A stretch of DNA of 64,000 nt from Antedon mediterranea (lineage: Eukaryota > Animalia > Echinodermata). Where the stretch lies: the NCBI RefSeq assembly GCF_964355755.1, contig NC_092674.1, positions 5,270,001 through 5,334,000 on the forward strand, in the 5' to 3' direction. Positions 1 to 13,027 of the stretch are shown piece after piece. The notes under the pieces were generated by a model. That model worked only from the letters and a program-made list of their open reading frames with translations, was not told the origin of the DNA and did no database searches. Position 1 is the first letter of the stretch; each line of letters begins with the position of its first letter. Position numbers and translations under genes: made by a program.

Positions 1-552
1 ATGATACGTTAAAATTCTATTCATAATCTAACAGTGATTTTGTTGTAGTTGAAGACCCCTCTCCTTTTTCATGATTTAGAGGGCTAGTGTATCCCTCGGT
101 ACCAGACAAATTATTGCGTTTTCATCCTTGTTCTTTCTGTATATGGTTTAAAAATAAGTTAAATTCAATTTGAAATAGCAGGTTAAAATCTCACACAATC
201 ATTTTCTTACGCGACAACAATATTGGAACTTGGATAAAAGCTATGTTGTTTATGTTACTAAAATAGCACTGTTGATATACGTTTTCTGTGTTTTGTATAT
301 GTAACCTTTACTATTACATGACGTGCAAAACACAAAAGACTCAAATACAGGTACAAAATATAGTGTGAGAAATTGCTTTATTGATGTTGCTCACTTAAGG
401 CTCTGACTGCGAATGCTCATCCAAACCATTTGCATTAAGTTTAATTATTATCAGAACAAAGAAAATACACTTAATTACTAAAACAGGAATTAAAGCTAAT
501 TGATTAATGGCCGAAACAGATATCAATGACCAAAAGATTATATAATGGTTAA

Positions 553-1057
553 CACGTTCACTGCCACGGCGTATTTATACGTCAAAAATTGCGTGTCGCT
601 ACTTGCCAAGACGTAATACTACGTCAAAATCGTAGCACTTTTGTATTGTATGTAGAATCGCTGGCAGTGGTGATTGGAACAGGAATTATCGCATGGCAGT
701 TTATGAATGATGTACATAAACGATAATCTAAAAATAAATGTCATATGTTTGTTTGTGTTTATTCCCTCATGCATTGAATATGGTTGATACGATGGCGCCC
801 TCACACTCAATATAATCATCTCAAACATGTCATAAATTGCGCTAATAGTAAATAAAAATAATAAAGGATGAAATGATTCAGTGTGGTTTACTGTTTTTAT
901 CTCTCGATGATAGGGTGGGTCAGAGGATGGGGGTCAGATATTGACCCCATCATGATAGTCTGTGACCAGATGTTACACTTTCAAACTGTAATTTAATATG
1001 TAAACGGGACTTGGCACTGGGACAGAAATTACGGAAAATGCCTTGGCAGTCAATGTG
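553..1057. mobile_element. Non-autonomous piggyBac-like element
   Basis: TTAA on both sides (549-552, 1058-1061); imperfect TIR CACGTTCACTGCCA / TGGCAGTCAATGTG. Confidence 0.7.
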
Positions 1058-1937
1058 TTAAAGCTATAAACAAATAGTGGACCACAGGCATTTCCAGATT
1101 ACCCTATGGGGAGTAAATGTGGTGTCTATTCATATTTTAGTCAAATACAAATCAACAAAATACTTAATAGCATTCCAAAATGCTGTAAATCAATTAAAAG
1201 TAAAATAATTAAAAAGCTAAAAGTAATGTATGCCACATATACATACCGTTTCTTTATAATACAGAAATTTCAGATGTTGTTTTAGTGCCCATTTAATTTT
1301 GCTAGAAATTGTAGACAGAAGTTTTTACGAGGTAAACCTCAGTAAACCGTTAACATTATTAAATTTGCTCTCCTGGGAAATTACGAGGGAAAAAAATCCA
1401 ATAAGCCTTAAAATAACCTTGATCGTATAAATAAAATAAAATGATACACTGAATTTTAGAAATTGTATATTTATCTGTGAAAAAACCTGATTTTTATATT
1501 ACAAACTGCATAAATTGTACATTTGTGAAGTAATAAAAACACTGTAGTTCGTAAAGAAAAATGACTTCACGTTCTGATTTTTAGATATTTGATAAATTTC
1601 GTAGGTAGTTCAATACATCTGAACAATGATAAGCTTCCTATATTATGCCAAGCTATGTTGCAGTATAAATACATACATACAAACAAATTATCATCATATT
1701 GGTGCAGTAATTGCTAATTCCTTTAGGTTTGAATTTGAATCTAACCCTAGCCATCAACACAAGCTTGGCATGAATGTTAAGACTCAGACAGCGTCTACGA
1801 CGAGTTGTCTTATCGGGAGAAAATTTAACATGTTTAATGGTTAGTGATTATGTTATGGGTTCGAGTTCCAAACAAGAATTAGTTGATTTTTTTGACAATT
1901 AAGTATTCTCAAATTTACTTTGGATTATGTCAAAATG

Positions 1938-2094
1938 ATTCTACTGCAGTAACTTTATTTCGTTCCTGTAGTAACGTTATGTCTTAATTGTAGAAGTAAG
2001 ACTCCCTGCAAACAGTGTTTATGATTGCTCCAGAAAATTGCACTTCAAATTTAGACAAAATGTAGTTACTGCAGTAACTGCAGTACTGTAGAAT
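1938..2094. mobile_element. MITE with ATTCTACTGCAGT termini
   Basis: Inverted termini; related copy at about 13063-13250. Confidence 0.5.
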
Positions 2095-3206
2095 AGTTTT
2101 GAAATGGTAAAAATTATGTCAATTTCATGGTCAATTTATACACAGGCCTATTTGACCAATATTAATAAAAATATTTCTTACATAAGGAACTACATAGTAT
2201 TATTAATATTATTCAATGATCAATATTATATTATTGTTTAAATATTTGCAAGGTGAGGATATTAAATTTTATGTTTGCACAAACGCTACCCAGGAATAAT
2301 TTAATAATACAATTCTAATATTTAATATTGTTATAAAACATATTATTACAATATTACAATATTTGTAGATTGAATATACTTGAATTAAACAATTTTTATG
2401 ATGAATTTATATCTTTAGAGAAAATTCTCTGATTCTTTTTATTACACCAAATTGAAATATAGTATACGAATAAAAAAAATGATATTTAATTTTTTTAATT
2501 CATTAAAATGTTATTATCACTAAGCCAATATCACTGCAATTAAAGTAAACAATTCTAGGAATTGAAATGATACATATATTTAATTTAATGAAAATTGAAT
2601 CTAAAAATATTAAAACTATATTTGAAATATCATATGTGTATGATATATTTATTTATTTATTTGTTCTTTCTTTAAACTGAAATACACTTTCAATACAAAT
2701 GTACTGATTTCCAAAGTGGTTCAGTAAACATATTTACAACAAAAATAAAATATAAAAGAAAAACAAAAAGAAAGAAAACAGATATAAAACTATTTACAAT
2801 TGTGAAGGCAAAAAGGTTAATACATATATGTTTTCTATAGTGAAGATTTAAAAGTTGCCAAAGACATATTATGGAGTTCTGATTTTATGTTATTTAGTAG
2901 AGAATTCCATATAGTGAGACAATACCTCTCCCAACTCACACAAGTATTGATAGAAAATGAGTATACAGTACAATGTATAATAATAGTGAAAAAATAATTG
3001 AGAACAATTTTGTTGAACAGGCCATGTTAATGAATGGTTAATAGTTATTTACTTGTTTATTTTGTCTATTTATAAGCAATAATCATTTTTTTTTTGCAAA
3101 AGAGAATAACTTTATTTTATTTCAGCTATTAGAGTCTAATAGATGCTACTAATTTGTCTGTCTGTTTTACTTTATCGTTTTGATTTAGCTTTTGCTTTTT
3201 TGATTA

Positions 3207-4342
3207 TTTTGTATCACCATTGAGATTCAGACACTGATACCCACAGCATTTCCATTTTTTTCAGTGCTTATTTTATTTGTATCTCCATTGAGATCTAGCC
3301 ACTGGTACCCACAGCATTGTCATTTTTTCAGTGCTTATTTTATTTGTATCTCCATTGAGATCTAGCCACTGATACCCACAGCATTGTCATTTTTTCAGTG
3401 CTTATTTTATTTGTATCTCCATTGAGATCTAGCCACTGATACACACAGCATTGTCATTTTTTCAGTGCTTATTTTATTTTGTATCTCCATTGAGATCCAG
3501 TTACTGATACCCACAGCATTGTCATTTTTTCAGTGCTTATTTTATTTTGTATCTCCATTGAGATCCAGCCACTGATACCCACAGCATTGTCATTTTTTCA
3601 GTGCTTATTTTATTTGTATCTCCATTGAGATCTAGCCACTGATACACACAGCATTGTCATTTTTTCAGTGCTTATTTTATTTTGTATCTCCATTGAGATC
3701 TAGCCACTGATACACACAGCATTGTCATTTTTTCAGTGCTTATTTTATTTTGTATCTCCATTGAGATCCAGCCACTGATACCCACAGCATTGTCATTTTT
3801 TTCAATGTTTATTTTATTTGTATCTCCATTGAGATCCAGCCACTGATACACACAGCATTGTCATTTTTTCAGTGCTTATTTTATTTGTATCTCCATTGAG
3901 ATCCAGCCACTGATACCCACAGCATTGTCATTTTTTCAGTGCTTTTTTTATTTTGTATCTCCATTGAGATCCAGCCACTGATACCCACAGCATTGTCATT
4001 TTTTCAGTGCTTTTTTTATTTTGTATCTCCATTGAGATCCAGCCACTGATACACACAGCATTGTCATTTTTTCAGTGCTTATTTTATTTTGTATCTCCAT
4101 TGAGATCCAGCCACTGATACACACAGCATTGTCATTTTTTCAGTGCTTATTTTATTTGTATCTCCATTGAGATCCAGCCACTGATACTCACAGCATTGTC
4201 ATTTTTTCAGTGCTTATTTTATTTTGTATCTCCATTGAGATTCAGCCACTGATACCCACACCAGTGTCATTTTTCCAGTGCTTATTTATTTTGTATCTCC
4301 ATTGAGATCCACTGATACAAACAGCATTGTCATTTTTTCAGT
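3207..4342. repeat. Minisatellite, 67-68 bp unit, about 17 copies
   Basis: Unit TTGTATCTCCATTGAGATCYAGCCACTGATACMCACAGCATTGTCATTTTTTCAGTGCTTATTTTAT. Confidence 0.97.
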
Positions 4343-5736
4343 AATTTGCTTTTGGATTTGATTATTAAAAACATTGAAGTGGTTTATTGGTAGGAATGTC
4401 TCCATCTCAAGCACAAGAATCTCCCAGACTTCATCGAATGTTGCCACTTATTATTTCTTAATTAATTATAGTAAAGTTGTTGTAGTTTAATAGTAGAATG
4501 TTTACGTATTAATAAGGTTTAGTCTCAGTTAGAATGGATTCCACTTTAGAAGGCCTCTTACTTAATCAGCTTTAAGTTGACGCCATTAGATGAGATTTTC
4601 TTTATTACTTTTTCTAGAAACTGTAAAGAAGTTCCATGTTGTTTAATAACGTTTCAAAGTTCTTTAAATTAAGAGAAATATCTTGTTTCGTTGCTTACAG
4701 TAAAGTTGATTAGGTTTGTTTTATGCAATTCCAACGCATTTAATGATTTTGCAGTAATTAAACTTTTTCATTACAATTGTTAAATGAAAATATGGCAGTG
4801 AAGTGTCTGTGTTACAATTTAAATGAAGAAAAAGTTCAGTATTAAATGAATGTTCTCCTGATGTAATGTTTAACTTACATTCTAGGCCCATCCCCCTCTG
4901 CATACTCAATCGACACCCCCTCCCCCTTCCCCTTGCTGCAATGTCTATACAACAGTACAACCTTCACTCTATGAATTACAGTAGAATTTTACTTGTATTA
5001 ATCTATCAATTAGCATATATCATATATTTTTGTCACACATGTCCACCAGTGTATAACTATGTGTTATTTCCCCCAATAGCCCTCCCCCCCCTCCCCCATC
5101 CCAAAGTCAATCCCCCCCCCCCCCATTTTCTGTAATGTCTACTAATGTCTTTATCAGTAGTGTATCATATATATTTATGTCACATATGTAAGCATATGTT
5201 CCACCCCATACTCGGTTCTTCACACATTATCCCGCACCCCCCCCCCCCCCAACTCTATACCACTTTAGTAACCACAAAACAATTTCTATGATTTATATAG
5301 AATTGTACCTGAACTACTCTATCATTAGAGTACCATATTCACTGTTGTCACATGTCCATCTCCCCCTCCCCTTCTTGCCCTGCTACATTGTGTAATAACC
5401 TACATTCTATGATTAACAGTAGCCGTTTAACTCGACAGTTTAATCATCAACTCTGAGTATTTTTGTCCGTGTCCATCAATCAAGTAGTTTTCACCTTTAG
5501 TGTACAACAATATACAAATCAAATGCGACCAAGACATTCAGTAAAACTTTGTACTGCAGGTTTAACAGTGGAAAAATAGTGTAAATGATGATGATATTTG
5601 GATGATGATATTGAATAAAGAAACATTTTTTATAGAACTCAGTTTTTATATTTTTGAATTGAATTGAATTGATTTATTGTACTGTACAAAAAAAGCAGCG
5701 GGGAAAATAGCAAAAGAAAAAAAATTGCAAGTCAGT

Positions 5737-5910
5737 GGCCATATTTACCAATCACACTTAAGTGACATTATTTCCCTTAAATATTAAGTATTTCACTTTA
5801 ACTCAATGAATATTCAAGTATTTTCCTTCAATTGTATTCACTTAGATAGAAGATTTTTTTTTATTTTAAGAGTGTTTCTCTTAGCCTAAGTGTGAATGGT
5901 GAATACGGCC
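5737..5910. mobile_element. MITE with GGCCRTATTYACCA termini
   Basis: GGCCATATTTACCAATCACACTTA ... TAAGTGTGAATGGTGAATACGGCC; degraded relative at about 12239-12424. Confidence 0.55.
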
Positions 5911-7000
5911 ACTGGCGGCCCCTGTTTACAACACTGTAGTGACATTGGTGCAAAACCCAAGTTTATCTCATAGTTGTTTTTCGCATAGTGTAAATGGAAA
6001 TGGCTTCAGTGTTCAACTCTGTTTCTCTCAGCGATAGGTAGTATGAATGGCGTATACAATAAAGTATAAATAATACAGCAGCATGTGATATTCACATTAC
6101 ATTTAAATATTCACAAAAACACTGTTTTTCCAAAAAACAACTCTCTTTCTGTTGAATTGTTTATATTATCAAAAAAATATGAAGTATTAATATTATACAC
6201 AGTTAAATTATTAATATTAATAATTACAAATGGATTTCATAATCTTGTCATTGAGTCTCTCAAAATTATTTACATTAACAGAAACTAATTTTAATTTGAG
6301 TTAATTCCACTTTGTTCCTCCGCAAGACTTCACGTTATTTTCACAATCTCTTAATTCATATTTCACTGTTCGCTTGTTGTGCAATAACAAATGTGGTGTG
6401 CAATTTCTAAATGTCAAGAAATGATGGGATTGCGTTCATTAGATCATCTCGTTTTGAACAATGAATTGTGGAAGCTTTCAACTATGAGTCATTTTACATC
6501 GTTAATTCATGTTTTTTTTGCTAAGATAATTCTTAGTTTAACTGATGGATGAGCCTATTGTTTAACTTCATATATGACATTATCTCCTCAGTATCATCGG
6601 CAAATTCTGTATTACAGTGTCACATATTTATTACATGTGCCACCTGTATTATGTTAGATTTAGAATTTGGCCTATGATACTGGAATCACATGTGATACAT
6701 ATGTGATGCTGTATTATTTGCATAATGATACTGGATAATTAGATATAAGAATTTGCTAGAATAAGAAACATTCACATACTATCATCTTTTTATTCTGGTG
6801 ACAATGAAATTGTGTATTAATCCTTTTGATCCAGGTGATGCCGAGTGTGAATATTTTTAGTATAATTTCTTTTGGAAACCTCATCCAACCAAACCCAACC
6901 ATATTTCTCTTATTGGCCACCCAAATTCAGCTCACCTAACCCCTATCCAACCTATATCTAATGATACAAACTTTATCCAGATATCACTACACAATGTTGA

Positions 7001-7262
7001 CCCCTCCCTTTCAATCCCCTCCCTTTCACCCCATCCCTTTTAACCCCATCCCTTTTAACCCCTTTCTTTCAACCCACTCCCTTTAACCCCCTCCATTTTG
7101 TTCCCTTTTACTTTCAGCTCCCTCTCTTTGAACCCCTTCCCTTTTACCCCTTCCTTTTGACCCCCTCCCTTTCAATCCCCTCCCTTTAACCCCATCCCTT
7201 TTAACCCCTCCCTTTCAACCCACTCTCTTTAACCCTCCTATTTTAATCCCCCTTTGAAACTC
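7001..7262. repeat. Degenerate C/T-rich tandem repeat, unit about 14-16 bp
   Basis: Repeating CCCCTCCCTTTCAA / CCCCATCCCTTTTAA. Confidence 0.85.
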
Positions 7263-8040
7263 CTATCTTTCAACAACCCCACCAACCAACAGTTCAGTCC
7301 ATCTTGTTCAATAGCAGAAATTACCATGTTTTGAATGGGATATTCTCTTTCTCAATTTTGTCTTGAAATGAAAGAGATCACAAAATTATGATTACAGCAT
7401 GTATTACATCCTGCTGTCTACACACAGATCTAATTTGGCATGGATTTGTACGAATTAATCTCTAGTATGATCAAGTGAGACACTCCATGCTAATATTCTA
7501 TATAAACAAAACCTTATCATGTCAACCGCATTATACTCGCTTACACAGAGACTTTTTTTGGACAGTAATCAAAGCGTACAAGTAATTACCAGTTGAGACT
7601 GCAGCATTATTAAATTTACCATGTCGTATCCAGGATAGCTTGCTATTCAGTCTGGTTTACGCTTCATATACCTTTGTCTGGAGAACGAAAAGATAATAAA
7701 TGTATAACTTTAGTTATTATATCAGTTGTGTGGCTTGAATTTCTGTTAATTGGATTAACCTTTAATTTTTTTTATATTAATTCAGAAGTAAATTTGAGCT
7801 GTGTATAATATATTATGTATGGTATTGTATATACACAGGTTTAACATTTTGTTTGTTTGTTTCACAGGAAAGTCTCCTTTTCCTTATTAAGGGACATTTT
7901 GTTTGGCCTTGAAGGTGTCCCCTTAATAGAGGTTCTATTGTATGTTCTATTGCTGTTAACCGAAACCGGTTCAAATTCATTTCAATGTAAATGTTTTTTA
8001 TATCACAATAAATTGACATGACTTGACTAAATTGCACAAA

Positions 8041-8340
8041 GTGAGTGAGTGGCCGAGCGGTTAAGACAGTGGAACCGTAATTACGTAGCCATAACATCGG
8101 CAAGGGTTCGAGGCTCACTCACTCCATGGTTCTGGTGTTAGAACGAGTCTTCTCGGATAAGGACTATAAACCGTAGGTCCAGTGTACACAACTAGCTCGT
8201 GTGCACTTTAAAGAACCTAGTACATCTTTCGAGATGAGTAGGGGGTTACCCCGGTGTATTAGTACATCACAGCCACTGATCACCAACTGGGCCTTCTGGG
8301 AGATCAGTCTGTGACTGAAGAGGTCACCCAGTATAAAAAT
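8041..8340 (+). mobile_element. tRNA-derived SINE with Deu/Nin-like central domain
   Basis: A box TGGCCGAGCGG, B box GGTTCGAGGC, core TCGGATAAGGACTATAAACCGTAGGTCC...TAAAGAACCTAGTAC...GAGTAGGGGGTTACCCCGGTG; more copies in the window. Confidence 0.8.
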
Positions 8341-8452
8341 GAACTAACAAGCAAATTTGAATGTTTATTTGACAAATCGAAAATATGTTACGACGACACA
8401 AAACGATAATATGGATTTCTAACAACTTTGTAAATATTTTTGTTTCTTTTAG

Positions 8453-9075
8453 GATTTGGGATGACGACACCGTCTACCGTTTTTGGTAAAGTTGCTTTAA
8501 TTATTTACGGCGTTCCAGGCTGTGCTGCCATGATTCTGTTCTTCAATCTTTTTCTCGAACGACTCATAACATTTATGGCGTTTTTAATGAAGGATTGTCA
8601 TCGTCGGAAAGTCGAGAAGCGGCGCAAGACCAGAGGTATTCCTGTCGGAGATGGTCACCCGGATGATTATGAACAGGTTGATAATTGGAAGCCGTCTGTG
8701 TTTTGGGTGATGTTGTATCTTTTGATTGCAGCATCAATAATTGCTGGTTGCGCGTCCGCTATGTTTTCACATGGTGAGAAATGGTCGTATTTCGATAGCA
8801 TCTATTTCTGCTTTGTTACGTTCAGTACCATAGGACTAGGTGATCAGGTTACGATCCAGGGTACGGGATACGAGAACCCGGTCTTGTATTCGCTTGGAAG
8901 TTTCTTTTTTATGATCGCCGGAGCATGCTGCGTTTATTCAATGTATATGGTTGGTTCAATCGTTATCAAGATGTGTTTAACATGGATTTTACTAAAACTT
9001 AATTGTATTCAAAAGGTGCAGAGCATACCACAGACAATGTCACCCCCTGTGAACTCAGCTGGTACAAGAGTATAG
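8453..9075 (+). CDS. Terminal coding exon of a two-pore-domain K+ channel, THIK subfamily (KCNK12/KCNK13-like); upstream exon not seen in window
   Basis: Pyrimidine tract plus AG at 8451-8452. Exon reads (G)FGMTTPST...ILFFNLFLERLIT...WKPSVFWVML...YFDSIYFCFVTFSTIGLGD, giving the second half of pore 1, M2, M3, pore 2 and M4. GMTTP, FFNLFLER and WKPSV are THIK hallmarks. Confidence 0.92.
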
Positions 9076-10024
9076 TGACTTGTGTATGTCACGTTTTTTT
9101 TTATTGTGGCAGCATATATATTACTTTCATTCGGTGGTTATTCTTTCGACACAATGTATTGTTTATGCATTAGGAATTTTAGTAGAAGTTTGAATGCATC
9201 AAGGAGCCCCAAAGCTGTCGGAACAATAACTACAATTTAAACTAATTCTTCTGTTTTGCAATCCATATGTCTTTATCCAGTTAAATTTTTAATTGTTTAT
9301 GCATATTGCATTGTGGGATAGTAGTCGATAACTGCAGAACCATTAAGCATTTACCTGAGTATTTTTACACCATAAATTACAACTTTGTGATGTCATTAGA
9401 CTTTTTTATGTTATGTAGCACCATCAACGGCCGTTTTGATTTTTTTCTCGAAACTAGAGTCAGCTCAAGTATAAGTATGACACACCATGTATGCCAAAAT
9501 GTTTTTTTAATACAAATATTTCTAGAAAATCTATGATATGGAAAAGCTGCATAATATTATACCTATTCATTCAAATATAACCAACTATCAATGAATGGTA
9601 ACATTAACATTAATGCACTTCCCACGCTACACATCATGTTAATAGCAGTACATATTGCTTGTGAGAAACGAACGTTGACAGAGCGTAGATTGCGAAACAG
9701 GGAAATGACCAACAGCTTAAAGTTAAAATTTCTTCTTCCATTGCATTTTAATTCTGCAAAAACGTTTGGTGAATTTTGGTATTATGGATTTTTTAGATTT
9801 AAATTATTAATATCAAATTCCTGAATGCAAGATTAAATTATAGGAGTCTTTAATTTCAGTGAACTTTATTCATATTTTAAAATCCATAAAGGGATAATAT
9901 GTCTCTTTAATAATATGTATATATAATTCACCTCAGTGGCAGATTCAGAGACTTTGATTTGTAACAATGTTATTACAGAATCCCTATTAACGGTGGGGAC
10001 CCAACAAAGTGTATCCTTATTTAA

Positions 10025-10255
10025 AGCTGTCTACACTATCAAACTAGTGACAAAAAAAGTGTGATATGCCCAAATTTGGTAGTGATATTACCAAATATGG
10101 TAGTGATATTACCAAATATAGTAGTGATATTACAAAATATGGTAGTGATATTACCAAAAATGGTAATGATATTACCAAATATGGTAGTGATATGACATCT
10201 TCATGTCCATATGTGAGCACATCACACTTTGTCGTTTGATAATGTAGACAAAGCT
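10025..10255. mobile_element. MITE family A (TIR AGCTCTGTCTACACTATCAAACT, TWA target; PIF/Harbinger-like)
   Basis: TIRs, TAA flanks, internal 20-bp unit expanded to about 6 copies. Confidence 0.85.
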
Positions 10256-10324
10256 TAATAATACTAATAATAATATGTCACTGAATAGGGGTGTCCTAAT
10301 GAAGCGGTTCCACTGTATTCAATA

Positions 10325-10678
10325 TTAATACTATATTGAAACAGGGTTCTTGTCAGATCACCAAAGAAGCAACGTTGGGTCCGTTTAGAAGCTTGAATGG
10401 GAGACCATCTGGAAATATCAGGTACTGTATCTAGAGCTGGGGTCCCATTAGGCATTTGAAATCAGCACTGCTGACCCCTGCATCTAGTACATGCCTCAGA
10501 CATATTATATTGGCTTATGCCTCTCGTCTGGTTAAGGTGGACACTGGACGAGAAAAGCCCTTGGTCAATGTTGGGACCAGCCAAGGTGCTTTAAAAAGAC
10601 CTGGCTTAGTTCCATCCATCATTCAGGTGAATGTAAGACTATATGACATTGGCAAAAATACAATTATTATTATTATTT
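10325..10678 (+). mobile_element. 5S rRNA-derived retroposon (SINE3-like) or 5S pseudogene with extension
   Basis: GGTTCTTGTCAGATCACCAAAG..AAGCAACGTTGGGTCCGTTTAG..CTTGAATGGGAGACCATCTGGAAATATCAGGTACTGTA aligns by eye to animal 5S rRNA; followed by a body of about 230 bp and an (ATT)n tail. Confidence 0.7.
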
Positions 10679-12631
10679 CAAGAAGATTCAAGATTCAAGA
10701 AATTTTATTTGTCCATAAAAATGGAAATTCACTTTGCTTGGTAGATTAAAACAACAATAAAAAAACAAACATAAAAATGTTGCAACAATTTAAAACGTGC
10801 AGTATATAACAGATAAAATACAAGATAAAAAGTTGAAAATAAAAAAACTGTTAAAAATGTGAAACTATTTAAAAATTGCATTATCGTCTTACATTTATAA
10901 ATATTTTCAGTTTTAAGTCTTTGGACCTGCCATTGTATCTTTTAGTTTTTAATTAATTAAATTTAATTAAATTCAGTGCTTCTCTTTCATTATTGTGTGA
11001 AAGGTACTACTCATTGTATTGTTTTATTGCAACTAGTAAAATATTATTTCTTGGCTTTTTAGATTAAAAATATCTTTTTTTTATAAACTAATTTAATAGG
11101 TATATAAATATTAAAAAAGAATGAACTTTTCCCTGATTTTACTGTGTATATGTGTAATATTTATAATTCAATTTCTAAACTTCTTATAATAGAGTTTTGG
11201 TTAATAATACTAAGCTGCTTCTAATTAAAATAGTTAAACTTTTAAACTAATTTTAAACTCTATTAAAATTCAGCAGGAATAGTGATTTTAATCATAGAGT
11301 ATTTGATCTGTGATATTAATAAAGTGTTATGTTTATGTCTTATAATTATATAAGTAAATACAGTAGAGCCAAATTGTCAGCCAGGATTTTTCCACAAAAT
11401 GGCACTTCTTTCCATCAAAGGGGAAAATATCGTTGTACTGTAGTTATTAAGCATATTTATCATCACTTTTGCTTCTGGTCTATAGCTGGCAAATGGGAAC
11501 TTCAGAAGAAAGGAGGTTTGTTTGAACTCTCCTGGCTAATGGCTTCTTGGAACTTTATTAAGGAGTCACCTTTGGGACCCAGCAAAGAGTCCTCTTCATA
11601 TTAGTGTCTCCTGAATAATAGGGGTTGGCCATAGAATTATGACATATACTGTATGGCCTCTCATTATTTTCGCTGGAAAGGGGTGTCTCGGTGTTTTATT
11701 GTATACAACTTTGTTTTATCATTTACTTAAGAATTATAAATATTTAAATGTTTTAAGAACTATTTCAGTGGATTCTTCTGTAGACAAACCTTTACATATC
11801 TTTTTGTATATAACTACTCTATATTTCAATGTGATACATACTGTATAATTAACAACTGTATTAAGCTTTAAATGTGTGTTAATTCTTTTTTAAAAAACAG
11901 TGCCGGTCTCAAGCAATCATTCAATATATATTATAAAATGTTTTTTATTCATTATGCTTGATAAAAAATAATGAAAAAAAAAATAGAAAATAAGAATTTG
12001 TTATGCAAGAGCATGCTAGATAGCAATACAGTTTGATTGAGATGGAGACATTGTATTTTTGGTGTTCCTGTTTGATTCAGATTTAGTCCCATGCTGTCTA
12101 ACATTTATTCTCATGCTGTCTATCATCACCCAGGTGAATATTAGGTACGATGATGGAAGCAGTTACCTGTAACTTTAAATTTTATAGGCTGTGGTAATAA
12201 TTTTCATATACAGGGACAAAATCACGAGAGCCTCCTGTGGCCAATATTCATCAATCACACTTGCGTAAGATACATTTCGCTTAAACACAACTATTTCACT
12301 TAAATAAATACATATTTAAGGATTTCACTTAATATGTGGTTTTCACTTAAATAGGAGCATTTTTTACATTTTTAAGGGTGTGTTCCCTAAAGTGTTCCCC
12401 TTAATTTTGATTTGTGAATATGGGTTAAAATTTACTGGAAATACCTGGCCGGGAGCTGACAATTCCTGACACCAGATCATCTTATTCTTAATTCTGTAGT
12501 ACATACACAGGTTAGGAGCCTTAATCGATACTTGTATGGATGGATTTTATAAAATAAATGAATATCAATACCAAAGCTCTTTCTCATTACAGTAGCTGCT
12601 GCTAAAAGACCACACAATCTTTGGTCCTTAA

Positions 12632-13027
12632 GGCCCATTCACACTAGGACGATAACGATCGAAGATAAATTTATAAGCATGCTTTTTTTTTACATAAAAC
12701 AAAAGAAATTAGAAATGTTTCGTTCTAGAACTATAGGATAATAATTTTTGCCGTCTTTGATAAAAATAATATTTTTAAATTCCAATCAAATGACGTCATG
12801 ATAAATAAAAAGAATAAAATAGTTGTATTGTCACGATATTATTGCTCTTAGTAATCGTGACGTCATTTGATTGGACGTGTGAAAATATCATTTTCATCAA
12901 AGGAAGCATAGATGATTATTCTATAGTTCTAGAATGAAAAATTGTTATATTTCATTTGTTTTATGGTATGAAAAATTCATATTTGTATATTTATCGTCGA
13001 TCGTTATTGTCCTAGTGTAAATGGGCC
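12632..13027. mobile_element. Foldback MITE, about 400-bp imperfect palindrome
   Basis: GGCCCATTCACACTAGGACGATAACGATCG ... CGATCGTTATTGTCCTAGTGTAAATGGGCC; TTAA on both flanks; arms complementary along almost the full length. Confidence 0.85.

Noticed and set aside
2700-4870. Minus-strand LINE remnants flanking the minisatellite
   Set aside because: Only short motifs such as WNSLLNNIK are visible, too decayed to delimit or classify.
10325-10432. Functional 5S rRNA gene
   Set aside because: Many substitutions and indels, a decayed 5' end and no T-run terminator; treated as a retroposon head.
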